Shown here: one piece after another, positions 12,190-23,739 of the stretch
Numbering within the stretch: the stretch's first letter is position 1
Layout: each line of letters starts with the position of its first letter
Assembly (NCBI GenBank): GCA_965202585.1
Contig: CBDBBG010000087.1
Span: 1 to 64,000 of the forward strand
Origin: Thalia democratica
Lineage: Eukaryota
Direction: 5' to 3'
DNA length: 64,000 nucleotides
Made by a program: the position numbers and the translations under genes
The notes under the pieces: generated by a model
Database searches by the model: none
Seen by the model: only the letters and a program-made list of their open reading frames with translations
What the model was told of the DNA's origin: nothing

Positions 12190-12775
12190 GTAAGCTGTGT
12201 AAGCGAATAAAGAGAAAAAAAACAAATAAAAAGAGAAGAAAGGAAAAAGAAAAATATAGTTCAGTTTCGATATCGATGAATAAGAAACTTTAGAAGTGCC
12301 GTGTAAGCGACTAGAGACGTAAAATTTGAATATAAAATTTGCACAGTAATCTTGTTTAAATCTCGGGTTTTACCCTGAATCGGTAAATAGTAACGTAATT
12401 AAATTTTAAACAAACTTCAGATTTATAAGTTTATTTTTGCACATAAAAAAACAAAGTTTGTCGATCTAGTAGCACACATTAAAGAACTGTTAATAAACTA
12501 ATGTTTATTTTTACTAATTTATTTTAACTGAGTAAAAATGATTAAAAACCACAAAATAAAACTGCTTTTATAAACATCAGAAAAAAGACAGTCGATAGAA
12601 AATAACTATCTACTAAATTAAGATATGACAAAAACAAACATTGTAAAAAAGTAACTCATTTGTACTTCAACAACAGAAGGTAAACTTAAGAAGCGCCGTG
12701 TAAGCAAATAGAGACGTTAAATTAAAATTTGCACAGTAATCAAATTTCATTGCTGGGTTTTACACTGAATCGTTA
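12190..12775 (-). repeat. Local duplication of the gene A stop codon/proximal 3' UTR segment
   Basis: 12290-12385 matches 12688-12775 (GCCGTGTAAGC..TAGAGACGT...AAAATTTGCACAGTAAT...GGGTTTTAC.CTGAATCG). A third fragment GTGTAAGCGA lies at 12197. Confidence 0.8.
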
Positions 12776-13430
12776 AGAGGTGAGGAGGGTGAATGATGAG
12801 CTTCGAGGATGAAGAAGTACGACCCCAAGTGACGGTGAACGGAGGAAATGAGGGTGTGAGCGTGACCCAGTTTCATTTGCAACATGTTCAAGCAAGAGTC
12901 TTCGGTAACTAACGGGAGTGAATGGCCATTGATGCCATTGTCAAGAAAGATCTGTTGTTATGGTTACAATTTAAAAAATTATATTTTTTTTCGTGTTGTG
13001 GAACAAACAACAGCTTTAAAAACTTTAATTTAAAAAATATTGAACTTCTTTTTTTTTTTATGTTTTAATTTTAAGTAAAAATCTTTTAACTACGTTAAAA
13101 TTTAATTTCAGAAACTGTTAAGAAGTTTCTAAGTAAAATGGTGTATTTAGAAGTAAATATTTTCAACTTACTTGTTTATATTGCCCCAAATTGATTTCGT
13201 CCAAATACTGACCAACTCTTTCACAACTCCATTTGCTCATTTCATCGGATTTTTTCAATATTTTTTCCATGGTATCTTTGTCAGCAGACATGAAAGATGT
13301 CTTGTTCTTAGCTTCACCCAGCAGTGAAGCGTTTTTTGATGAAGTGTGAGACACAGGTTCAGTTTCTAGCATTGTTTTATCGGTCTGAAGTTTAAAGTTC
13401 TTAAAAGAAGCGCCTTCTAAAGAGGAATTT
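12760..13430 (-). CDS. SAMD11: SAM-domain exons of gene A (13430-13172, 12951-12760)
   Basis: Spliced translation WSCERVGQYLDEINLGQYKQ|IFLDNGINGHSLPLVTEDSCLNMLQMKLGHAHTLISSVHRHLG fits the SAM pattern (W..E.V..yL..i.l..Y...F....I.G..L..l.....l..l.mklG). Confidence 0.9.
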
Positions 13431-16400
13431 CTGTACAACAAAACAATTTTAGTTCATTTTTAAATAAATAACTTTATATCTTACCTACTATAAACTTACA
13501 AGTCAAATAGTGAACGAGAAATTCTTGGCTTTTTTGTTGCTTCTTTAAGTTTTCTGAAAATAAAAAAATTAAATTCTTCTTTTACAAAAACTACTTTATT
13601 TTTACACATCATTGCAGAAGAAATTATTTTTACCACATCAGCTTTACAAAATGAAAATTTTATAATTTTCTTTAACTAAGTGATACAAAGTATGCATTTT
13701 TATTTCATTGAACTATATCTTTATTAATATTTAAGTATATAACTAAATGAATTGTATAAAATATACTTACATAGGAACACTACTTGGTCTTTTTACGTTC
13801 TTTTGTATTGACTTTTTAACAACATCCTCGTTTTTCTTGTTTGAATTGCTAAAATAAAAGTTAAAAAAATAAACCTGAAAAGTATCAAGTTGTATGCTTT
13901 AACAGCTATCAAGTTAGCTATAACAGCCATATTAAAGATAAAATTGAGTATATGTTTTTTAGCTTTATAGTTAAATTTTTAGCCGTATCAGTTGATACTA
14001 ACTATGCTTTAAACTTATGTATGATTTTATTTTTAATAAAAACTAAAAAAAACTCATTGCAGCTTCTTAGGGTTTTTTTGCTTATAGAAAATTAGATTAA
14101 GCTAAAAATAAAGTTTTGTAACAATAAAACTGCCTACTTTTCTGAAATTTCAGCTTGTTCTTTTACATCATTTGAGTTATTTTTCAGATTTAGTTCAAAA
14201 GATTTTAGTTCTTCTGATTGGTAAACTTCTTCTTCTATTTGAGACTTGCAGTTTACGTTAACATTTTCAAGTAAATTTGGCTCCAATTGTCCGAATGCAG
14301 CTGCTATGTTCTTTATAACATTCGAATGTTCCAGCGTCAATCTGTAAATAAAAGTTAAATAATGAAAATATTAAAAGTAGCTTAAAACAGTTATGATTAA
14401 ATGTAGCATCTTTTTCTTAGGAAACATAACTCGTTTTTTTAAACTAAAACTGTAACTAACTCTAAATTACATATAAATGTATATACACAAACAATTGTTT
14501 TTAGGTTCTTAGCTTTTCTATAAAAAAACCTAATGTGAATGAAAATTAATCCACTCAAATAAGATCTAATTTAGATAAACTTTAAACATAAACTTTTCAA
14601 AATATTTAGTTAACAGTATATTTGGCAAAACATATGTGTAACATTAATAAATTTTAATTAAATTCTAAAATGTAAATAATAGTTTTACTAAGGTAAGTTA
14701 AATCTTTTATTCAGTTTAAATTTAAGTAACAGCAAATTGACTACTTAATTATGCAGTATTAAGAGTAGTCTATCTATGTTTGATTATTTCGAAAAAGTTA
14801 ATGTAATATTTATTTTTAACATCAAAAAATTTTTAGCATTTTTTCAATAACAGCTTTTCGCATAGCAAAATAAGTTGGCTTGAATAAAAACATTAACAAA
14901 AAAGTCTTCATCTACAGATAAAGAACACAAAGAAAGTTATTTTTAAAACAGAATATTATCTGCGCAAAGATGTTGACGGAAATTTTTACTTTGTACAATT
15001 TGCTGATTTTTTGTAGAGCAACTGTGAGCAATTTTACGAATAATAAAATAAGATAAATTACTTACTGTTTATGGTCGAAGTTTATTGAATTTTCGTGTAA
15101 ATTCGACAGAAAATCTAAAAAAATGTGTACTTTAATATCGTAAATTCGTTATGCAATTTTAGTTGTTCAAATTTTTTTTTTTTTGTAGCGCTAAAACATA
15201 TGCAGATTTAAAAAAAAAATTACTTAGTTTGTATAATCAAATAATTAAAAATAAACCGTTTTTAACTTTTGATTTCTTGTTAACAGTTGGATGAACTTCG
15301 TCAGCTTCTTCGTGAAACTGATCCTGCAAGAAAAAAAAAGTTGTAATTTGGTGAACAAATATTTTCAATGTGATATTTGTCGCATCCAAATAAATTTCCT
15401 ACCTGATTTTGTTCAAAGTTGTGTGATCTTTTTCTAGAAGCTGCATCTTCATTTGCTGAAGGACTTTCAATTTTTTTATCAGTCGAACATGGAGATTTTC
15501 GTTGCATTTGTGACGGAGAAGCTCTGAATAAAAACTCTATTATTAAAAAAGTACTCCTCAACTTCAAAACCGTGAAACTTTATCTACATTATTTTGTTGG
15601 TCATCTTTTAAAATTACAATTACTTTTAATGCACTTTTTTTATAGAAAAAGACACGTAAAACTTTAGAAATTTAATTACACAGTGATAAAAAAGGTATAT
15701 AGATCGGAAAAAGTAAAATATTATTTTAATGAAAAAATGAGCAACATACATTTTTCTAGACGGCAGAACGCAAGTGAAAGCGGAATTTCTCGTCGCTGAT
15801 TCGCTGATTTTGGCCAGCAATGGCGAGTTGTCGAAACCCATCAAAGAAGAGCTGGGAAGGTTGCTTGGCAACGAAACCAGCGGTTGCCATGCACTGACTT
15901 TATCAAGATCTTCCCGCTGGTTGTTTATGGTGGAAGGAAAAATATGGCTGATTTTATTTGGCATTTCACCTTCAGCAGCACTTGTCTGTTTGATAATTTT
16001 GCTGACTTATAAAAGTTTAAAAAACAAATCTACACCAAATATTGATTAAATCAAAAGTTTAAAATACTAATCAGTATTGTTTGACCCTTAGTGCTGTTAA
16101 GTAGAATCCTTTATTTTTTTGATAACTTTTTTAAAACTTTGTTTTTATTCGTATTGAAAGCACTGTCTATTTTTTACTTTTTTATAAGACAAAATTTATA
16201 TTGGTCACCATTTTTTGTACTATGTTAAAATGAAAAAAAAAGTCGTTGCAGTTTAAGATTGCTACCAAGTAAATAGTCTCAAATACAAACATGCTGTTGA
16301 GAGAAGAAAGCGATGTTCTTCAGACACCATTCACATTCGCATTCGTTCTGATGATGAATGATAACCGATTTTGACATGAGAGCTTTCAGACTCTTCCCGT

Positions 16401-19400
16401 GATGTCTGATGCTTCTCTTCCAATCCTTGGCAGTCTCCCTCCCGCTTATTGCTTGAAACTCGTTGGGATGCATCCAGCTTTGCTTGCCCCCAAGCTCGTA
16501 TAAAATTGATTTTCCTGTAAAGTTGAGATCCGTAAATTTCAAAATAAATGTAACGTTGAAAAAACTGTTGAGCTGCTTATTTTCTTTGTAATAAAACAAT
16601 TTAAAAAATTATATGAAAAAGTTTATTTTCATTAAATACTCTAAATATAACGTATAAAATATAAAACAAATAATTACAGTAATACCATTTAACTTCGCTC
16701 TGTTTTGTTTTACGTAAAAACGTTTATACAACTAACAGATAGAGACGGCACTCCGTGCAAAAATCGACTTAAACATGAAAAGAAAACTTCTCTAAAAAAT
16801 CACGAGCGGCCGGATTGAATGGAATTTCACGTTCTGGCCGAACAAACGAAAAAAAACGAGGCGATGCATAAGGAATAGTCTGCATTGCGAGAAAGTAATT
16901 AAATTGCAACGAAATAATTTTGTGCGTAAGCAGCTAGTGTGTTTTTTTGCGCTCGTGATTTTGGTTTGCAATATTCTTTGCAGAACTTTAAACTGTGTGT
17001 CAATAACAACATATTTTAAACCTATATTTTACTATATTTTACATAAGCCTATAAATAATTTACTACATATTTTTAAGTTTTGAAGTTCTTTATAGGTTTT
17101 GTTTAAAACTGATATCGACTTTTATTATTTACTGTTCTTGACAACGTTTATATTAAATATATAAAACATCTATTGATACAATGTTTATGCATACTTAAGA
17201 CAAATAGATATAAGAGCTATTACAATGGTTTTGCACAGTGCATTAATAATTTCAAAATATGTTTTATATACATTTAGGTAAACTTTAAAAGTTATTACGC
17301 TTGCGTTTTGTTTGAAAGACAATTTAAGTTATTTGAATAGACTATTTAACATTTTTCTTTTTAATTAAACTGTTTTTACAAACTTTATTAGGACCACAAA
17401 TTCGTAAAATTAAAAATAAAATAAAAAAAGCTTGAATATTGTATACTTCTATAACAAATCAATTTTTTATTTGAACAAAAATATAATTTTGCTCCTATGT
17501 AGCAAAGGAGTTAAATAGGAAAGAACAAAGTATCCTACCTAAATCAATATTTAGCAGCTTTAAACATTGCATATTTATAAAAAAATAGAAAAAAATATCT
17601 AATCCGATTTAGTTTTATTTTTATAAAAATGTACTGTCTTTTAACTTTAAATAATTTTTTCATAACGATAACAATTAATTCCAACTAATTTAGTTTATAG
17701 TTTTTTATTTATTCATGTATGGATTAAGTAAGGAACATAAAAATTCAAAATAATATAAAACCTAAACAAATATTTATTAATATAACCCCACCTTTGCTAC
17801 CCTGGCTGAGTCTTGCGATGTAGAGGAGGGCATTGTTGTCGCCACAAGTCACCTCCAAAAACTCCTCTCCTCCTTCGTCCTTCTTAACTTCCACCTCCGA
17901 GCTGCTCACGTGACCTTTCGGCAGGTTCACCGTCCACCTGCAACCCTCCGTTGCGACGTGGTGATGGCTGGTTGCCCCTAACAACCGGTTTTGAAGCCTC
18001 ATTTTGCTCACTGAACTTTCCATCAAATCTGCGGATGTTTTTAAATTGCGTTTTAGGAGATTTCAATTTTAAGTTTTAATAAGTTTATACATTAAAATTT
18101 TATCGTTTTAGAAATAAATGTATGTATTATGTCTGATCAAAATCGTCTTTGTTAAGCTTTTTAGCCTGTTTTGCTTAAGAGTTCTATGATCAGACTCACT
18201 TGTAATAATTTAAGAAATGAAAATCTTAAACTTTTAAATTTTTGATTGAGCACCCAATAGTAATTACATGTTTTCAAATACTCACCGACGACAGTTGCCT
18301 TTCAGTTTCAATTTACTTTCTGAGAAAAAAAAAACAAAATGAAAAGGCAAACACTCGCAAGTTGCGATTTGAAAGGAAGCTTGAACGGAAAGGAAGCTCG
18401 TAAATCGATAAATTAGACACGGAAGACAGCCAATGGTGACCTCTAGCAACGCTTCTATCGACAAAGGTTGCCATTGGCAACGCAGAAAAGACGAGAAGAA
18501 AAAACCGAAGAGATAAGCTGCAATGACGTGACAAAGGATTAAGAGCGGTGATAAAAAGTAGAAGCGACGGCAGCAGATAATCTCGACGCGGAAGGAAGCG
18601 AATAAACCTAACCAGTTTTCAATGTTTGTATTTCGTAGCTGCCTGTAGGAACAAAATCGAATTTTTGCGGTGTCAACGCGGGTGCGAAATACAAACATTG
18701 ACGGCATTTTGCGAAAAAAAAGAGAACGCCGCTCGACGCTTCGTGCTAATTAGAAAGTTTTTGGCCGCCGCTAGCACGCCAAACAACGTTCGCTGTGACG
18801 TCATAATGGTCTCTGTGTCAAATGTGATCGCTCTCGTCACACAACAGGCTTTCCAGTTTTCTTTGTTACAAAACGCCGCCCGACAGCTGAGGATCGAACG
18901 ACGAGAAGCTTTTATTCATTATTTATCGCCGCGCCAAATTTATATTCGCTTCTTTTCGCTGCGGCCGTTTGAAACTCTCTCTTTATTGAGACGTGTGAGG
19001 CGAACAATGCGAGAATAATTACCGCTGAAATTCGCTAAATGATTGAACGGCAGATAAGAAGCCAACTTAGCTCGCTGCGCCACTCAGAGCTTTTAGCCAA
19101 TTTCAGAGGCGTGTTCCGTGATTTAACGCTTTTCAAAAACACTTCGCGCGAGACAAGTCGACATTTCAGTGTTTTAAAATCGCGCGAGGTGCAGCTTAAT
19201 TAGTAAGGCAGAAAGTAAAAGGTTTTGCGAAATCTTTTAGCAAAGAAAAAACTTGGAATTTTTTCATGCTTGATTTTGCCTACCCGCGAACCTTTCTGTC
19301 ATTCATTTTTTGTTGCTAGCTTTTTATTTTAGATATATAAAAACAAAAACTACAGTAAAGTTTTAATAGAAGAGTAAAAATTTTTGATTAAACTAATAAA

Positions 19401-22125
19401 GTTGATCAAGCTTACATTTTTGTATGAAAATCAAAGAAAACCATAAAAAAATACAAGAAAAGCGCTTCAATAATCCTTAAACGAAAATATGCTGGAAGTA
19501 AGCTCTTCTGTATTAACCTGTGCCCGCATATCGCGAGCAGCTTTTTGTTGAAAACCGCAAACAACAAAACAACAAGAAATCTCTTCTCTGCTTCTCGCCT
19601 GAAATAATTAATCACATCAGCGTGGCGCAGTGTCGGATTTTACTGTGCCGGGGAAGATTTGAACAAAGAGGAAGGTTAGCGCTAATCCGCGGTGTCAGCC
19701 TTTGGCATCGGAGTTACTGAAATCTCCTTTGAGCCGAGCACCTAAGTACGCACGAGTTTGTACGACCGACAAGTTGAATTTAAACTTGGCTAAAATGTTC
19801 AAAGCTTGTGCGTCTGACAAAACTTTATGAAAGTTGTCTAATGTAAGTTAAAAATATTTCAATTGTTAAACTTTGTTTGCACATTTATGCACTTGATATC
19901 ATTTTGTTTAGTAGTTAATGCTTTTAAACAAGTTCAAACATTAAGAATTAAAACAATCGTTATTTTCTATTAACCTTTAAAAAACTGAAGTAAACTTAAT
20001 AGCCTTTTAACTTGTTTCAAATAAGCTTTCTTTAAATGCAGTTTGTTACGTTTTTCTTTACGAAGTCTGAAACGATTATTTTACTTCTAACAAATGAAAA
20101 TGACATACGTTTATATATAAAGAAAACACTATATAGATAAAACTGATTTAACTTAATAAAAAAAAGCTTAATACAGATGAGAACTTTCAAATTCAAATCG
20201 ATTTTTTTCATCATATGCACACAACACTGTTTGGTTCAACAAAAACTAACTGTTGTTGTTAGGAGTAACGACTCTTTTTCCGTTGCTGCTAGTTACAACC
20301 GGAGGCTGCTGACTTTCAGCAACGGAAGTCGTGGATGACAGCTCTGGCAATGACGTCATAGCGGAAGTTGATCTCTGCTGCGTGGAAACCAGCTGAAGAT
20401 GATTGAGCTCGTTGTTGCTGTGTAAAAGAAGAGAAATAGAAAATATTATAAAAAAAGGAATTATTTAGAAGCAGTACTAAGGTTAAAAAATGTTTTATTT
20501 AATTGTTCATAAATTTCAAAACTTTCATTTGGAACCAAAATATTTTTTATTAAGTAAAAAAAAAATATACTTCAAATAATCTCAAAAACTAATGTTAACT
20601 ACTTTTCTTTAGTTATAAATTTATTAGTTCAAATTTTTACCGTGAAAATATTGTGTTGTCGAACATTGGCATATTAGGAAAAGGCAAAATACTTTCTTGT
20701 TTTTTATTCAAGTTCATCAGATTTAGAACTTGTAACCTGAAAGCATTAGTTTTTAAACAACAAGAAACTCCATTTTAGAAATTTAGTATACTTTCATAAA
20801 AATTTTAATCTGTTCGTTGGAAAGTTTCAAAAAGTATAAAAATTTATAGTTTTATGTTTTAAAGATGTTTTAGCCAGCAAAACTTTAAAATACAATAACC
20901 GACATCAAAAAAAAATACACATATCGAACAAAAATGAAAGTTTTTGACAATAGTTGAATACATAAATTAAACGAAAAATATTTTTTTTTGCAAACAGCGA
21001 ATATATCGATGGTACAAGCTCTTTGTTGTTACAACTAAACAAGTCAGCAGTTGCCATAGCAACCAGCCACACACGCGGCAGTAAAAACACATCCGAGGAG
21101 CCCACCACGTCACCATGTAAACAACCTCCTTAGCAACGGTTGCAAAGTTGCGAGTTGCAATGAAGCAGATAAACACTTTTGGTCTCTCGCATGGTAACCA
21201 AGGTGGCATGGTTGCTTGGCAACCGGGTCGTCCCGCTTTCAGCACCTCCGCACTTTTAATTAATCAGCCTCGACGAAAATCAGCGACGTCTGCGAAGAAG
21301 GCTTTAAGTTTCCTTCAGACGCGGTAAAGTAAACCATATGTCTAAAATTTCAAGTTTTTTCTCAAGAAAAAGCTTTTTTGATGTAAATGTTTTCGAGAAT
21401 TAGTTTTCTATAGTCTATACCGGTGAATTTTGAAAGACACAACTTTATCAGTTGGTGTTACTTCGAAGTTAATCAGTTTATTATTGTTTAAAAAAAGTTC
21501 AAGTATATTTACTAGTCCTTTATATTATCTTTCAAAAAAATGTTGTGCCCTATTGAGTCAAATAATTTAAATTTTTTCCAGTTCTGTAGTAAAATTTATG
21601 TTTGTTAATAAGTTCATATGTTTGTCTTTTGACCTGTAATATCAGAGTATAAATATATTTAAAGAACTACCACACAAAAAAGCTAAACAATAAAACTTGT
21701 TTAAAAAAATCTAAACACTAAAATTAGTACAATTTTTTGAAGTTTGAAAAATACAAAAAACTTAACTTTGATAGTCATTTTCAACAGTTGATAAAAAGAC
21801 ATTTTGTTTTTATTTTACTTTAGTGTTTAATAGTTTATTTAAATACTCACCAGTTAACCTGGTTCGGGCTTCCGAATCGTTGCGGGTCGAACCCGGAAAT
21901 TTCATCACCTTTTTGCGGCTTAGCCCCATTCAACCCACCGAAATTAGAGGAAGTGTGCGGAAATCCCCCAGGAAAGGGGTTACCAGGCAACATGGCTGCC
22001 GGGTTGTTAAGCATCCACATACTGGCAAGGTCGGATTGAGAAAAAATGTCCCCGAACTCGGCACCTGATTGGCTTAAAATTGTCGATAAATCAGTAGAAA
22101 TACCCGGAACTGCTGAAGAACCCAT
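12760..22125 (-). CDS. SAMD11: Gene A: SAND-domain + SAM-domain protein, SAMD11/SAMD7-like, 13 coding exons, 720 aa
   Basis: Exons (minus): 22125-21851, 20417-20251, 18028-17792, 16514-16291, 15985-15750, 15523-15403, 15323-15257, 15114-15066, 14341-14138, 13848-13771, 13553-13500, 13430-13172, 12951-12760. All introns are GT-AG and phase-compatible. The exons sum to 2163 nt (720 aa + TAA). The SAND segment LEVTCGDNNALLYIARLSQGSKG...PNEFQAISGRETAKDWKRSIRHHGKSLKALMSK matches the SAMD11-type SAND as I recall it. A SAM domain lies at the C-terminus. The symbol means SAMD11-like; orthology is untested. Confidence 0.88.
16291..18028 (-). CDS. SAMD11: SAND-domain exons of gene A (18028-17792, 16514-16291)
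   Basis: KDWK SAND signature followed by a Cys-rich CECEWC tail; phase-1 intron in SKG|KSI. Confidence 0.95.
18280..19250 (-). promoter_or_regulatory. Module G: CpG-rich internal promoter/enhancer candidate in gene A intron 2 (homologues at 53480-53890, 5930-6620, 45650-46090)
   Basis: Shared block CCATTG...CTCCGT...AATTTATCGATT(G/T)ACGAG; X-box-like GTTGCCATTGGCAAC at 18467-18481; CRE at 18796-18803. Confidence 0.6.
21040..21300 (-). promoter_or_regulatory. Module D, X-box-rich element in gene A intron 1
   Basis: GTTGCCATAGCAAC (21050-21063) and GTTGCTTGGCAAC (21211-21223). The core AAGCAACCATGCCACCTTGGTT is shared with other copies. Confidence 0.72.
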
Positions 22126-22859
22126 ATTTAGAATATTTTTGTTTTAATTAAAAGTTTTATTTTTTTACTGAATACCTGTATTATAAGTGATTACCAAATG
22201 TTTGTAATTAAAAAATGTATTCTTCGCAAGGTGTATTATTTTTTGAAACATTACAAAAAACAATTTGTTTAAAATTTTATTTTTATGTTACAATATTTTT
22301 TACAATTCTCAGTTTTATTCTATTTTTTGTATGATATACACAAGTACTTATGATTAACTTAAAAATAAGTATTATTTTACAAACAAATAAAATAAATATA
22401 AGATAATTGTTATTTTCAATGTACCTAGAATAATTTATAACAAACAGTAAATATTATAACTATTACTAAATACTAGTTTAAAACTGTGTAAAAAAAAATT
22501 GAAAAAGATATTTAAAAGTCTACAAAAATATTTCTTTTCAATGCATTATACTTTAATGCCTCTAACCTAAACACTACCTAAACGACAACTTAAGCAACAA
22601 CTTTAAAAGTTGTGAATACTACACTTACGCGTATTGAATAATTAAAAATGATATTTAAGAATTTATACTATAAAAAAACGGTTTTACATATATTATTTAT
22701 TGAAAGCAAAGCACTGTAAATGTTCAATTAAATTTAATTAAGCATAAAGTACCTAAGACACTTTAGAAAACAATATACAACATTGCATCCAACCACTTTT
22801 AGAAAGAAAAAAAAACTTTAGAAAAATCATAATCTAGAAGACTTGAGACAAATGCGCTC

Positions 22860-23355
22860 CTCTCAGCATCTCGTTACCATGGCCACCGACTTCGACCGTG
22901 GAGACGACCGGGAAGGAGGCACCAAGGAAGACAGATTGCGGTCAGCTCCGTTGCCTGGCAACTGGTTATCGTGATGAGCGATAATTAATTCAATTTGTTT
23001 CGCGGTAAGGGACCTCGGCGAAACGGGCGAAATCGTGTTAGCAGTAGCGCGCTGTGTAAACACAAAAAACCGAGCACCGCGTTGTGCGAAAAACCGCAGC
23101 TCTCTTCATTGTTTGTGTTTGCGATAAAACACGCAACCGAAAACACAACGAGCAAAAATCACCGCCCCTTTGAACAGCATTTTTTCTTTCTTTAAAAGAA
23201 TAAAAACAGCGACGGCCTCTAATGAGCTGACAATTAGCGAGAGAAGAAATCAACTGCGCGTTGTGTGTGGTAGCTGAAAGCGATTTTTAAATCGCGTGTC
23301 TTGAGGTTAGCGGATAAAGAGGCGAGGTGGCATTAGCGATGTCGGCGACAGATTG
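22860..23355 (-). promoter_or_regulatory. Module C, CpG-rich proximal promoter candidate of gene A
   Basis: CpG-dense patch about 0.7 kb upstream of the 5' UTR acceptor. It has X-box-like GTTACCATGGCCAC (22873) and GTTGCCTGGCAAC (22950), and shares the block GCTACCACACACAACGCG with three other copies. Confidence 0.65.
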
Positions 23356-23739
23356 ATTTTTTTTGTACGGAAACTACAGGCGACAGATTTCGGCATACCA
23401 CTTGTCTGTCTCGATTTTTTTTTTACCTTCTCAAGTATTTTCGCTTTCAGCCAGTATGCTGATTTTTTGTAAAAATATTTTTAAGCTGATGGAATACCGT
23501 GCATTGAAAGTGAATGATTTTGAGTGCTCAAAAACTATGTTAATTGCTTAGAAAATATTCAGTTTTATAAAAATACTAATCAGTGGTACATCAGTTAAAA
23601 TTTTGCGTGCTAGATAAGCCTTTTTTAATTTATCCAAAGCGCAAGGAAAAATATGTTATGAAAGAAATCCGTAATTTTATTTAAATCTCGAGTAAAAATA
23701 GGAAACTAAAGAAATCCGTATGGCTTCTGCTAGCATTCA

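Noticed and set aside
16860-16960. Apparent same-strand similarity to 55160-55230, suggesting an intronic inversion
   Set aside because: The motif is quasi-palindromic and matches weakly in both orientations; it cannot be resolved by eye.
18282-18707. 141-aa minus-strand ORF in gene A intron 2
   Set aside because: No recognisable homology, TTG start, and the frame is not preserved in the P2c homologue at 53480-53890.
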